From Auanema rhodensis (Eukaryota; Animalia; Nematoda): DNA of 64,000 bases. Below are positions 40,401 through 56,200 of the stretch, in pieces; position 1 is the stretch's first letter; each line of letters opens with the position of its first letter. The stretch is taken from contig OZ059894.1 of the NCBI GenBank assembly GCA_964057225.1, positions 23,498,001 through 23,562,000 on the forward strand, written 5' to 3'. Position numbers and translations under genes: made by a program. Below the pieces are notes generated by a model, which saw only the letters and a program-made list of their open reading frames with translations, ran no database searches and was not told the origin of the DNA.

Positions 40401-43400
40401 AGTCTAAAAACAAATTTTTATTGATATTGGTTCATGGTAACCATGTCTTTGAAATTTACGTGAACTTTAATTTATGCTAATTAAATGTACACGTGATGTG
40501 CACTTGGTATGTAACTCGCTTCACGTGAAAGATAAAGAGATGCGGTTTTCAAAATTAGATTCCCCATGTCCATATTAGTCTAAAAACAAATTTTTATTGA
40601 TATAGGTTCATGGTAACCATGACTTTGAAATTTACGTGAACTTTAATTTATGCTAATTAAATGTACACGTGATGTGCACTTGGTATGTAACTCGCTTCAC
40701 GTGAAAGATAAAGAGATGCGGTTTTCAAAATTAGATTCCCCATGTCCATATTAGTCTAAAAACAAATTTTTATTGATATTGGTGCATGGTAACCATGACT
40801 TTGAAATTTACGTGAACTTTAATTTATGCTAATTAAATGTACACGTGATGTGCACTTGGTATGTAACTTGCTTCACGTGAAAGATAAAGAGATGCGGTTT
40901 TCAAAATTAGATTCCCCATGTCCATATTAGTCTAAAAACAAATTTTTATTGATATTGGTTCATGGTAACCATGACTTTGAAATTTACGTGAACTTTAATT
41001 TATGCTAATTAAATGTACACGTGATGTGCACTTGGTATGTAACTCGCTTCACGTGAAAGATAAAGAGATGCGGTTTTCAAAATTAGATTCCCCATGTCCA
41101 TATTAGTCTAAAAACAAATTTTTATCGATATTGGTTCATGGTAACCATGTCTTTGAAATTTACGTGAACTTTAATTTATGCTAATTAAATGTACACGTGA
41201 TGTGCCCTTGGTATGTAACTCGCTTCACGTGAAAGATAAAGCGATGCGGTTTTCAAAATTAGATTCCCCATGTCCATATTAGTCTAAAAACAAATTTTTA
41301 TTGATATTGGTTCATGGTAACCATGACTTTGAAATTTACGTGAACTTTAATTTATGCTAATTAAATGTACACGTGATGTGCACTTGGTATGTAACTCGCT
41401 TCACGTGAAAGATAAAGAGATGCGGTTTTCAAAATTAGATTCCCCATGTCCATATTAGTCTAAAAACAAATTTTTATTGATATTGGTTCATGGTAACCAT
41501 GACTTTGAAATTTACGTGAACTTTAATTTATGCTAATTAAATGTACACGTGATGTGCACTTGGTATGTAACTCGCTTCACGTGAAAGATAAAGAGATGCG
41601 GTTTTCAAAATTAGATTCCCCATGTCCATATTAGTCTAAAAACAAATTTTTATTGATATTGGTTCATGGTAACCATGTCTTTGAAATTTACGTGAACTTT
41701 AATTTATGCTAATTAAATGTACACGTGATGTGCACTTGGTATGTAACTCGCTTCACGTGAAAGATAAAGAGATGCGGTTTTCAAAATTAGATTCCCCATG
41801 TCCATATTAGTCTAAAAACAAATTTTTATTGATATTGGTTCATGGTAACCATGACTTTGAAATTTACGTGAACTTTAATTTATGCTAATTAAATGTACAC
41901 GTGATGTGCACTTGGTATGTAACTCGCTTCACGTGAAAGATAAAGAGATGCGGTTTTCAAAATTAGATTCCCCATGTCTATATTAGTCTAAAAACAAATT
42001 TTTATTGTTATTGGTTCATGGTAACCATGACTTTGAAATTTACGTGAACTTTAATTTATGCTAATTAAATGTACACGTGATGTGCACTTGGTATGTAACT
42101 CGCTTCACGTGAAAGATAAAGTGATGCGGTTTTCAAAATTAGATTCCCCATGTCCATATTAGTTTAAACAAACTTTTATTGTTATTGGTTCAAGGTAACC
42201 ATGACTTTGAATTTTACGTGAACTTTAATTTATGCTAATTAAATGTACACGTGATGTGCACTTGGTATGTAACTCGCTTCACGTGAAAGATAAAGAGATG
42301 CGGTTTTCAAAATTAGATTCCCCATGTCCATATTAGTCTAAAAACAAATTTTTATTGATATTGGTTCATGGTAACCATGACTTTGAAATTTACGTGAACT
42401 TTAATTTATGCTAATTAAATGTACACGTGATGTGCACTTGGTATGTAACTCGCTTCACGTGAAAGATAAAGAGATGCGGTTTTCAAAATTAGATTCCCCA
42501 TGTCTATATTAGTCTAAAAACAAATTTTTATTGATATTGGTTCATGGTAACCATGACTTTGAAATTTACGTGAACTTTAATTTATGCTAATTAAATGTAC
42601 ACGTGATGTGCACTTGGTATGTAACTCGCTTCACGTGAAAGATAAAGAGATGCGGTTTTCAAAATTAGATTCCCCATGTCCATATTAGTCTAAAAACAAA
42701 TTTTTATTGATATTGGTTCATGGTAACCATGTCTTTGAAATTTACGTGAACTTTAATTTATGCTAATTAAATGTACACGTGATGTGCACTTGGTATGTAA
42801 CTCGCTTCACGTGAAAGATAAAGAGATGCGGTTTTCAAAATTAGATTCCCCATGTCCATATTAGTCTAAAAACAAATTTTTATTGATATTGGTTCATGGT
42901 AACCATGACTTTGAAATTTACGTGAACTTTAATTTATGCTAATTAAATGTACACGTGATGTGCACTTGGTATAAAACTCGCTTCACGTGAAAGATAAAGA
43001 GATGCGGTTTTCAAAATTAGATTCCCCATGTCCATATTAGTCTAAAAACAAATTTTTATTGATATTGGTTCATGGTAACCATGACTTTGAAATTTACGTG
43101 AACTTTAATTTATGCTAACTAAATGTACACGTGATGTGCACTTGGTATGTAACTCGCTTCACGTGAAAGATAAAGAGATGCGGTTTTCAAAATTAGATTC
43201 CCCATGTCCATATTAGTCTAAAAACAAATTTTTATTGATATTGGTTCATGGTAACCATGACTTTGAAATTTACGTGAACTTTAATTTATGCTAATTAAAT
43301 GTACACGTGATGTGCACTTGGTATGTAACTCGCTTCACGTGAAAGATAAAGAGATGCGGTTTTCAAAATTAGATTCCCCATGTCCATATTAGTCTAAAAA

Positions 43401-45400
43401 CAAATTTTTATTGATATTGGTTCATGGTAACCATGACTTTGAAATTTACGTGAACTTTAATTTATGCTAATTAAATGTACACGTGATGTGCACTTGGTAT
43501 GTAACTCGCTTCACGTGAAAGATAAAGAGATGCGGTTTTCAAAATTAGATTCCCCATGTCCATATTAGTCTAAAAACAAATTTTTATTGATATTGGTTCA
43601 TGGTAACCATGACTTTGAAATTTACGTGAACTTTAATTTATGCTAACTAAATGTACACGTGATGTGCACTTGGTATGTAACTCGCTTCACGTGAAAGATA
43701 AAGAGATGCGGTTTTCAAAATTAGATTCCCCATGTCCATATTAGTCTAAAAACAAATTTTTATTGATATTGGTGCATGGTAACCATGACTTTGAAATTTA
43801 CGTGAACTTTAATTTATGCTAATTAAATGTACACGTGATGTGCACTTGGTATGTAACTTGCTTCACGTGAAAGATAAAGAGATGCGGTTTTCAAAATTAG
43901 ATTCCCCATGTCCATATTAGTCTAAAAACAAATTTTTTTTGTTATTGGTTCATGGTAACCATGACTTTGAAATTTACGTGAACTTTAATTTATGCTAATT
44001 AAATGTACACGTGATGTGCACTTGGTATGTAACTCGCTTCACGTGAAAGATAAAGAGATGCGGTTTTCAAAATTAGATTCCCCATGTCCATATTAGTCTA
44101 AAAACAAATTTTTATTGTTATTGGTTCATGGTAACCATGACTTTGAAATTTACGTGAACTTTAATTTATGCTAATTAAATGTACACGTGATGTGCACTTG
44201 GTATGTAACTCGCTTCACGTGAAAGATAAAGAGATGCGGTTTTCAAAATTAGATTCCCCATGTCTATATTAGTCTAAAAACAAATGTTTATTGATATTGG
44301 TTCATGGTAACCATGACTTTGAAATTTACGTGAACTTTAATTTATGCTAATTAAATGTACACGTGATGTGCACTTGGTATGTAACTCGCTTCACGTGAAA
44401 GATAAAGAGATGCGGTTTTCAAAATTAGATTCCCCATGTCCATATTAGTCTAAAAACAAATTTTTATTGATATTGGTTCATGGTAACCATGTCTTTGAAA
44501 TTTACGTGAACTTTAATTTATGCTAATTAAATGTACACGTGATATGCACTTGGTATGTAACTCGCTTCACGTGAAAGATAAAGAGATGCGGTTTTCAAAA
44601 TTAGATTCCCCATGTCCATATTAGTCTAAAAACAAATTTTTATTGTTATTGGTTCATGGTAACCATGACTTTGAAATTTACGTGAACTTTAATTTATGCT
44701 AATTAAATGTACACGTGATGTGCACTTGGTATGTAACTCGCTTCACGTGAAAGATAAAGAGATGCGGTTTTCAAAATTAGATTCCCCATGTCCATATTAG
44801 TCTAAAAACAAATTTTTATTGATATTGGTTCATGGTAACCATGTCTTTGAAATTTACGTGAACTTTAATTTATGCTAATTAAATGTACACGTGATGTGCA
44901 CTTGGTATGTGACTCGCTTCACGTGAAAGATAAAGAGATGCGGTTTTCAAAATTAGATTCCCCATGTCCATATTAGTCTAAAAACAAATTTTTATTGATA
45001 TTGGTTCATGGTAACCATGACTTTGAAATTTACGTGAACTTTAATTTATGCTAATTAAATGTACACGTGATGTGCACTTGGTATGTAACTCGCTTCACGT
45101 GAAAGATAAAGAGATGCGGTTTTCAAACTTAGATTCCCCATGTCCATATTAGTTTAAACAAACTTTTATTGTTATTGGTTCAAGGTAACCATGACTTTGA
45201 ATTTTACGTGAACTTTAATTTATGCTAATTAAATGTACACGTGATGTGCACTTGGTATGTAACTCGCTTCACGTGAAAGATAAAGAGATGCGGTTTTCAA
45301 AATTAGATTCCCCATGTCCATATTAGTCTAAAAACAAATTTTTATTGATATTGGTTCATGGTAACCATGACTTTGAAATTTACGTGAACTTTAATTTATG
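34500..45400. repeat. 29-monomer (5100 bp) duplication with a nested 7-monomer (1232 bp) duplication; net offset 6332 bp
   Basis: TTATCGATAT occurs at 34794, 39894 and 41126. AAAGTGATG is at 35790->42122. TCAAACTTAG is at 38796->45128. The 174-bp monomers map 35830->42162 and 38820->45152. Confidence 0.85.
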
Positions 45401-47299
45401 CTAATTAAATGTACACGTGATGTGCACTTGGTATGTAACTCGCTTCACGTGAAAGATAAAGAGATGCGGTTTTCAAAATTAGATTCCCCATGTCTATATT
45501 AGTCTAAAAACAAATTTTTATTGATATTGGTTCATGGTAACCATGACTTTGAAATTTACGTGAACTTTAATTTATGCTAATTAAATGTACACGTGATGTG
45601 CACTTGGTATGTAACTCGCTTCACGTGAAAGATAAAGAGATGCGGTTTTCAAAATTAGATTCCCCATGTCCATATTAGTCTAAAAACAAATTTTTATTGA
45701 TATTGGTGCATGGTAACCATGACTTTGAAATTTACGTGAACTTTAATTTATGCTAATTAAATGTACACGTGATGTGCACTTGGTATGTAACTTGCTTCAC
45801 GTGAAAGATAAAGAGATGCGGTTTTCAAAATTAGATTCCCCATGTCCATATTAGTCTAAAAACAAATTTTTATTGATATTGGTGCATGGTAACCATGACT
45901 TTGAAATTTACGTGAACTTTAATTTATGCTAATTAAATGTACACGTGATGTGCACTTGGTATGTAACTCGCTTCACGTGAAAGATAAAGAGATGCGGTTT
46001 TCAAAATTAAATTCCCCATGTCCATATTAGTCTAAAAACAAATTTTTATTGATATTGGTTCATGGTAACCATGTCTTTGAAATTTACGTGAACTTTAATT
46101 TATGCTAATTAAATGTACACGTGATGTGCACTTGGTATGTAACTCGCTTCACGTGAAAGATAAAGAGATGCGGTTTTCAAAATTAGATTCCCCATGTCCA
46201 TATTAGTCTAAAAACAAATTTTTATTGATATTGGTTCATGGTAACCATGACTTTGAAATTTACGTGAACTTTAATTTATGCTAATTAAATGTACACGTGA
46301 TGTGCACTTGGTATGTAACTCGCTTCACGTGAAAGATAAAGAGATGCGGTTTTCAAAATTAGATTCCCCATGTCCATATTAGTCTAAAAACAAATTTTTA
46401 TTGTTATTGGTTCATGGTAACCATGACTTTGAAATTTACGTGAACTTTAATTTATGCTAATTAAATGTACACGTGATGTGCACTTGGTATGTAACTCGCT
46501 TCACGTGAAAGATAAAGAGATGCGGTTTTCAAAATTAGATTCCCCATGTCTATATTAGTCTAAAAACAAATGTTTATTGATATTGGTTCATGGTAACCAT
46601 GACTTTGAAATTTACGTGAACTTTAATTTATGCTAATTAAATGTACACGTGATGTGCACTTGGTATGTAACTCGCTTCACGTGAAAGATAAAGAGATGCG
46701 GTTTTCAAAATTAGATTCCCCATGTCCATATTAGTCTAAAAACAAATTTTTATTGATATTGGTTCATGGTAACCATGTCTTTGAAATTTACGTGAACTTT
46801 AATTTATGCTAATTAAATGTACACGTGATATGCACTTGGTATGTAACTCGCTTCACGTGAAAGATAAAGAGATGCGGTTTTCAAAATTAGATTCCCCATG
46901 TCCATATTAGTCTAAAAACAAATTTTTATTGTTATTGGTTCATGGTAACCATGACTTTGAAATTTACGTGAACTTTAATTTATGCTAATTAAATGTACAC
47001 GTGATGTGCACTTGGTATGTAACTCGCTTCACGTGAAAGATAAAGAGATGCGGTTTTCAAAATTAGATTCCCCATGTCCATATTAGTCTAAAAACAAATT
47101 TTTATTGATATTCGTTCATGGTAACCATGTCTTTGAAATTTACGTGAACTTTAATTTATGCTAATTAAATGTACACGTGATGTGCACTTGGTATGTGACT
47201 CGCTTCACGTGAAAGATAAAGAGATGCGGTTTTCAAAATTAGATTCCCCATGTCCATATTAGTCTAAAAACAAATTTTTATTGATATTGGTTCATGGTA

Positions 47300-50200
47300 A
47301 CCATGACTTTGAAATTTACGTGAACTTTAATTTATGCTAATTAAATGTACACGTGATGTGCACTTGGTATGTAACTCGCTTCACGTGAAAGATAAAGAGA
47401 TGCGGTTTTCAAAATTAGATTCCCCATGTCCATATTAGTTTAAACAAACTTTTATTGTTATTGGTTCAAGGTAACCATGACTTTGAATTTTACGTGAACT
47501 TTAATTTATGCTAATTAAATGTACACGTGATGTGCACTTGGTATGTAACTCGCTTCACGTGAAAGATAAAGAGATGCGGTTTTCAAAATTAGATTCCCCA
47601 TGTCCATATTAGTCTAAAAACAAATTTTTATTGATATTGGTTCATGGTAACCATGACTTTGAAATTTACGTGAACTTTAATTTATGCTAATTAAATGTAC
47701 ACGTGATGTGCACTTGGTATGTAACTCGCTTCACGTGAAAGATAAAGAGATGCGGTTTTCAAAATTAGATTCCCCATGTCTATATTAGTCTAAAAACAAA
47801 TTTTTATTGATATTGGTTCATGGTAACCATGACTTTGAAATTTACGTGAACTTTAATTTATGCTAATTAAATGTACACGTGATGTGCACTTGGTATGTAA
47901 CTCGCTTCACGTGAAAGATAAAGAGATGCGGTTTTCAAAATTAGATTCCCCATGTCCATATTAGTCTAAAAACAAATTTTTATTGATATTGGTTCATGGT
48001 AACCATGTCTTTGAAATTTACGTGAACTTTAATTTATGCTAATTAAATGTACACGTGATGTGCACTTGGTATGTAACTCGCTTCACGTGAAAGATAAAAA
48101 GATGCGGTTTTCAAAATTAGATTCCCCATGTCCATATTAGTCTAAAAACAAATTTTTATTGATATTGGTTCATGGTAACCATGACTTTGAAATTTACGTG
48201 AACTTTAATTTATGCTAATTAAATGTACACGTGATGTGCACTTGGTATGTAACTCGCTTCACGTGAAAGATAAAGAGATGCGGTTTTCAAAATTAGATTC
48301 CCCATGTCCATATTAGTCTAAAAACAAATTTTTATTGATATTGGTTCATGGTAACCATGACTTTGAAATTTACGTGAACTTTAATTTATGCTAATTAAAT
48401 GTACACGTGATGTGCACTTGGTATGTAACTCGCTTCACGTGAAAGATAAAGAGATGCGGTTTTCAAAATTAGATTCCCCATGTCCATATTAGTCTAAAAA
48501 CAAATTTTTATTGATATTGGTGCATGGTAACCATGACTTTGAAATTTACGTGAACTTTAATTTATGCTAATTAAATGTACACGTGATGTGCACTTGGTAT
48601 GTAACTTGCTTCACGTGAAAGATAAAGAGATGCGGTTTTCAAAATTAGATTCCCCATGTCCATATTAGTCTAAAAACAAATTTTTATTGATATTGGTTCA
48701 TGGTAACCATGACTTTGAAACTTACGTGAACTTTAATTTATGCTAATTAAATGTACACGTGATGTGCACTTGGTATGTAACTCGCTTCACGTGAAAGATA
48801 AAGAGATGCGGTTTTCAAAATTAGATTCCCCATGTCCATATTAGTTTAAACAAACTTTTATTGTTATTGGTTCAAGGTAACCATGACTTTGAATTTTACG
48901 TGAACTTTAATTTATGCTAATTAAATGTACACGTGATGTGCACTTGGTATGTAACTCGCTTCACGTGAAAGATAAAGAGATGCGGTTTTCAAAATTAGAT
49001 TCCCCATGTCCATATTAGTCTAAAAACAAATTTTTATTGATATTGGTTCATGGTAACCATGACTTTGAAATTTACGTGAACTTTAATTTATGCTAATTAA
49101 ATGTACACGTGATGTGCACTTGGTATGTAACTCGCTTCACGTGAAAGATAAAGAGATGCGGTTTTCAAAATTAGATTCCCCATGTCTATATTAGTCTAAA
49201 AACAAATTTTTATTGATATTGGTTCATGGTAACCATGACTTTGAAATTTACGTGAACTTTAATTTATGCTAATTAAATGTACACGTGATGTGCACTTGGT
49301 ATGTAACTCGCTTCACGTGAAAGATAAAGAGATGCGGTTTTCAAAATTAGATTCCCCATGTCCATATTAGTTTAAACAAACTTTTATTGTTATTGGTTCA
49401 AGGTAACCATGACTTTGAATTTTACGTGAACTTTAATTTATGCTAATTAAATGTACACGTGATGTGCACTTGGTATGTAACTCGCTTCACGTGAAAGATA
49501 AAGAGATGCGGTTTTCAAAATTAGATTCCCCATGTCCATATTAGTCTAAAAACAAATTTTTATTGATATTGGTTCATGGTAACCATGACTTTGAAATTTA
49601 CGTGAACTTTAATTTATGCTAATTAAATGTACACGTGATGTGCACTTGGTATGTAACTCGCTTCACGTGAAAGATAAAGAGATGCGGTTTTCAAAATTAG
49701 ATTCCCCATGTCTATATTAGTCTAAAAACAAATTTTTATTGATATTGGTTCATGGTAACCATGACTTTGAAATTTACGTGAACTTTAATTTATGCTAATT
49801 AAATGTACACGTGATGTGCACTTGGTATGTAACTCGCTTCACGTGAAAGATAAAGAGATGCGGTTTTCAAAATTAGATTCCCCATGTCCATATTAGTCTA
49901 AAAACAAATTTTTATTGATATTGGTTCATGGTAACCATGTCTTTGAAATTTACGTGAACTTTAATTTATGCTAATTAAATGTACACGTGATGTGCACTTG
50001 GTATGTAACTCGCTTCACGTGAAAGATAAAAAGATGCGGTTTTCAAAATTAGATTCCCCATGTCCATATTAGTCTAAAAACAAATTTTTATTGATATTGG
50101 TTCATGGTAACCATGACTTTGAAATTTACGTGAACTTTAATTTATGCTAATTAAATGTACACGTGATGTGCACTTGGTATGTAACTCGCTTCACGTGAAA

Positions 50201-53200
50201 GATAAAGAGATGCGGTTTTCAAAATTAGATTCCCCATGTCCATATTAGTCTAAAAACAAATTTTTATTGATATTGGTTCATGGTAACCATGACTTTGAAA
50301 TTTACGTGAACTTTAATTTATGCTAATTAAATGTACACGTGATGTGCACTTGGTATGTAACTCGCTTCACGTGAAAGATAAAGAGATGCGGTTTTCAAAA
50401 TTAGATTCCCCATGTCCATATTAGTCTAAAAACAAATTTTTATTGATATTGGTGCATGGTAACCATGACTTTGAAATTTACGTGAACTTTAATTTATGCT
50501 AATTAAATGTACACGTGATGTGCACTTGGTATGTAACTTGCTTCACGTGAAAGATAAAGAGATGCGGTTTTCAAAATTAGATTCCCCATGTCCATATTAG
50601 TCTAAAAACAAATTTTTATTGATATTGGTTCATGGTAACCATGACTTTGAAACTTACGTGAACTTTAATTTATGCTAATTAAATGTACACGTGATGTGCA
50701 CTTGGTATGTAACTCGCTTCACGTGAAAGATAAAGAGATGCGGTTTTCAAAATTAGATTCCCCATGTCCATATTAGTTTAAACAAACTTTTATTGTTATT
50801 GGTTCAAGGTAACCATGACTTTGAATTTTACGTGAACTTTAATTTATGCTAATTAAATGTACACGTGATGTGCACTTGGTATGTAACTCGCTTCACGTGA
50901 AAGATAAAGAGATGCGGTTTTCAAAATTAGATTCCCCATGTCCATATTAGTCTAAAAACAAATTTTTATTGATATTGGTTCATGGTAACCATGACTTTGA
51001 AATTTACGTGAACTTTAATTTATGCTAATTAAATGTACACGTGATGTGCACTTGGTATGTAACTCGCTTCACGTGAAAGATAAAGAGATGCGGTTTTCAA
51101 AATTAGATTCCCCATGTCTATATTAGTCTAAAAACAAATTTTTATTGATATTGGTTCATGGTAACCATGACTTTGAAATTTACGTGAACTTTAATTTATG
51201 CTAATTAAATGTACACGTGATGTGCACTTGGTATGTAACTCGCTTCACGTGAAAGATAAAGAGATGCGGTTTTCAAAATTAGATTCCCCATGTCCATATT
51301 AGTCTAAAAACAAATTTTTATTGATATTGGTTCATGGTAACCATGACTTTGAAATTTACGTGAACTTTAATTTATGCTAATTAAATGTACACGTGATGTG
51401 CACTTGGTATGTAACTCGCTTCACGTGAAAGATAAAGAGATGCGGTTTTCAAAATTAGATTCCCCATGTCCATATTAGTCTAAAAACAAATTTTTATTGA
51501 TATTGGTTCATGGTAACCATGTCTTTGAAATTTACGTGAACTTTAATTTATGCTAATTAAATGTACACGTGATATGCACTTGGTATGTAACTCGCTTCAC
51601 GTGAAAGATAAAGAGATGCGGTTTTCAAAATTAGATTCCCCATGTCCATATTAGTCTAAAAACAAATTTTTATTGTTATTGGTTCATGGTAACCATGACT
51701 TTGAAATTTACGTGAACTTTAATTTATGCTAATTAAATGTACACGTGATGTGCACTTGGTATGTAACTCGCTTCACGTGAAAGATAAAGAGATGCGGTTT
51801 TCAAAATTAGATTCCCCATGTCCATATTAGTCTAAAAACAAATTTTTATTGATATTGGTTCATGGTAACCATGTCTTTGAAATTTACGTGAACTTTAATT
51901 TATGCTAATTAAATGTACACGTGATGTGCACTTGGTATGTGACTCGCTTCACGTGAAAGATAAAGAGATGCGGTTTTCAAAATTAGATTCCCCATGTCCA
52001 TATTAGTCTAAAAACAAATTTTTATTGATATTGGTTCATGGTAACCATGACTTTGAAATTTACGTGAACTTTAATTTATGCTAATTAAATGTACACGTGA
52101 TGTGCACTTGGTATGTAACTCGCTTCACGTGAAAGATAAAGAGATGCGGTTTTCAAAATTAGATTCCCCATGTCCATATTAGTTTAAACAAACTTTTATT
52201 GTTATTGGTTCAAGGTAACCATGACTTTGAATTTTACGTGAACTTTAATTTATGCTAATTAAATGTACACGTGATGTGCACTTGGTATGTAACTCGCTTC
52301 ACGTGAAAGATAAAGAGATGCGGTTTTCAAAATTAGATTCCCCATGTCCATATTAGTCTAAAAACAAATTTTTATTGATATTGGTTCATGGTAACCATGA
52401 CTTTGAAATTTACGTGAACTTTAATTTATGCTAACTAAATGTACACGTGATGTGCACTTGGTATGTAACTCGCTTCACGTGAAAGATAAAGAGATGCGGT
52501 TTTCAAAATTAGATTCCCCATGTCCATATTAGTCTAAAAACAAATTTTTATTGATATTGGTTCATGGTAACCATGACTTTGAAATTTACGTGAACTTTAA
52601 TTTATGCTAATTAAATGTACACGTGATGTGCACTTGGTATGTAACTCGCTTCACGTGAAAGATAAAGAGATGCGGTTTTCAAAATTAGATTCCCCATGTC
52701 CATATTAGTCTAAAAACAAATTTTTATTGATATTGGTTCATGGTAACCATGACTTTGAAATTTACGTGAACTTTAATTTATGCTAATTAAATGTACACGT
52801 GATGTGCACTTGGTATGTAACTCGCTTCACGTGAAAGATAAAGAGATGCGGTTTTCAAAATTAGATTCCCCATGTCCATATTAGTCTAAAAACAAATTTT
52901 TATTGATATTGGTTCATGGTAACCATGACTTTGAAATTTACGTGAACTTTAATTTATGCTAACTAAATGTACACGTGATGTGCACTTGGTATGTAACTCG
53001 CTTCACGTGAAAGATAAAGAGATGCGGTTTTCAAAATTAGATTCCCCATGTCCATATTAGTCTAAAAACAAATTTTTATTGATATTGGTGCATGGTAACC
53101 ATGACTTTGAAATTTACGTGAACTTTTATTTATGCTAATTAAATGTACACGTGATGTGCACTTGGTATGTAACTTGCTTCACGTGAAAGATAAAGAGATG

Positions 53201-56200
53201 CGGTTTTCAAAATTAGATTCCCCATGTCCATATTAGTCTAAAAACAAATTTTTTTTGTTATTGGTTCATGGTAACCATGACTTTGAAATTTACGTGAACT
53301 TTAATTTATGCTAATTAAATGTACACGTGATGTGCACTTGGTATGTAACTCGCTTCACGTGAAAGATAAAGAGATGCGGTTTTCAAAATTAGATTCCCCA
53401 TGTCCATATTAGTCTAAAAACAAATTTTTATTGTTATTGGTTCATGGTAACCATGACTTTGAAATTTACGTGAACTTTAATTTATGCTAATTAAATGTAC
53501 ACGTGATGTGCACTTGGTATGTAACTCGCTTCACGTGAAAGATAAAGAGATGCGGTTTTCAAAATTAGATTCCCCATGTCTATATTAGTCTAAAAACAAA
53601 TGTTTATTGATATTGGTTCATGGTAACCATGACTTTGAAATTTACGTGAACTTTAATTTATGCTAATTAAATGTACACGTGATGTGCACTTGGTATGTAA
53701 CTCGCTTCACGTGAAAGATAAAGAGATGCGGTTTTCAAAATTAGATTCCCCATGTCCATATTAGTCTAAAAACAAATTTTTATTGATATTGGTTCATGGT
53801 AACCATGTCTTTGAAATTTACGTGAACTTTAATTTATGCTAATTAAATGTACACGTGATATGCACTTGGTATGTAACTCGCTTCACGTGAAAGATAAAGA
53901 GATGCGGTTTTCAAAATTAGATTCCCCATGTCCATATTAGTCTAAAAACAAATTTTTATTGTTATTGGTTCATGGTAACCATGACTTTGAAATTTACGTG
54001 AACTTTAATTTATGCTAATTAAATGTACACGTGATGTGCACTTGGTATGTAACTCGCTTCACGTGAAAGATAAAGAGATGCGGTTTTCAAAATTAGATTC
54101 CCCATGTCCATATTAGTCTAAAAACAAATTTTTATTGATATTGGTTCATGGTAACCATGACTTTGAAATTTACGTGAACTTTAATTTATGCTAATTAAAT
54201 GTACACGTGATGTGCACTTGGTATGTAACTCGCTTCACGTGAAAGATAAAGAGATGCGGTTTTCAAAATTAGATTCCCCATGTCCATATTAGTTTAAACA
54301 AACTTTTATTGTTATTGGTTCAAGGTAACCATGACTTTGAATTTTACGTGAACTTTAATTTATGCTAATTAAATGTACACGTGATGTGCACTTGGTATGT
54401 AACTCGCTTCACGTGAAAGATAAAGAGATGCGGTTTTCAAAATTAGATTCCCCATGTCCATATTAGTCTAAAAACAAATTTTTATTGATATTGGTTCATG
54501 GTAACCATGACTTTGAAATTTACGTGAACTTTAATTTATGCTAATTAAATGTACACGTGATGTGCACTTGGTATGTAACTCGCTTCACGTGAAAGATAAA
54601 GAGATGCGGTTTTCAAAATTAGATTCCCCATGTCTATATTAGTCTAAAAACAAATTTTTATTGATATTGGTTCATGGTAACCATGACTTTGAAATTTACG
54701 TGAACTTTAATTTATGCTAATTAAATGTACACGTGATGTGCACTTGGTATGTAACTCGCTTCACGTGAAAGATAAAGAGATGCGGTTTTCAAAATTAGAT
54801 TCCCCATGTCCATATTAGTCTAAAAACAAATTTTTATTGATATTGGTTCATGGTAACCATGTCTTTGAAATTTACGTGAACTTTAATTTATGCTAATTAA
54901 ATGTACACGTGATGTGCACTTGGTATGTAACTCGCTTCACGTGAAAGATAAAAAGATGCGGTTTTCAAAATTAGATTCCCCATGTCCATATTAGTCTAAA
55001 AACAAATTTTTATTGATATTGGTTCATGGTAACCATGACTTTGAAATTTACGTGAACTTTAATTTATGCTAATTAAATGTACACGTGATGTGCACTTGGT
55101 ATGTAACTCGCTTCACGTGAAAGATAAAGAGATGCGGTTTTCAAAATTAGATTCCCCATGTCCATATTAGTCTAAAAACAAATTTTTATTGATATTGGTT
55201 CATGGTAACCATGACTTTGAAATTTACGTGAACTTTAATTTATGCTAATTAAATGTACACGTGATGTGCACTTGGTATGTAACTCGCTTCACGTGAAAGA
55301 TAAAGAGATGCGGTTTTCAAAATTAGATTCCCCATGTCCATATTAGTCTAAAAACAAATTTTTATTGATATTGGTGCATGGTAACCATGACTTTGAAATT
55401 TACGTGAACTTTAATTTATGCTAATTAAATGTACACGTGATGTGCACTTGGTATGTAACTTGCTTCACGTGAAAGATAAAGAGATGCGGTTTTCAAAATT
55501 AGATTCCCCATGTCCATATTAGTCTAAAAACAAATTTTTATTGATATTGGTTCATGGTAACCATGACTTTGAAACTTACGTGAACTTTAATTTATGCTAA
55601 TTAAATGTACACGTGATGTGCACTTGGTATGTAACTCGCTTCACGTGAAAGATAAAGAGATGCGGTTTTCAAAATTAGATTCCCCATGTCCATATTAGTT
55701 TAAACAAACTTTTATTGTTATTGGTTCAAGGTAACCATGACTTTGAATTTTACGTGAACTTTAATTTATGCTAATTAAATGTACACGTGATGTGCACTTG
55801 GTATGTAACTCGCTTCACGTGAAAGATAAAGAGATGCGGTTTTCAAAATTAGATTCCCCATGTCCATATTAGTCTAAAAACAAATTTTTATTGATATTGG
55901 TTCATGGTAACCATGACTTTGAAATTTACGTGAACTTTAATTTATGCTAATTAAATGTACACGTGATGTGCACTTGGTATGTAACTCGCTTCACGTGAAA
56001 GATAAAGAGATGCGGTTTTCAAAATTAGATTCCCCATGTCTATATTAGTCTAAAAACAAATTTTTATTGATATTGGTTCATGGTAACCATGACTTTGAAA
56101 TTTACGTGAACTTTAATTTATGCTAATTAAATGTACACGTGATGTGCACTTGGTATGTAACTCGCTTCACGTGAAAGATAAAGAGATGCGGTTTTCAAAA

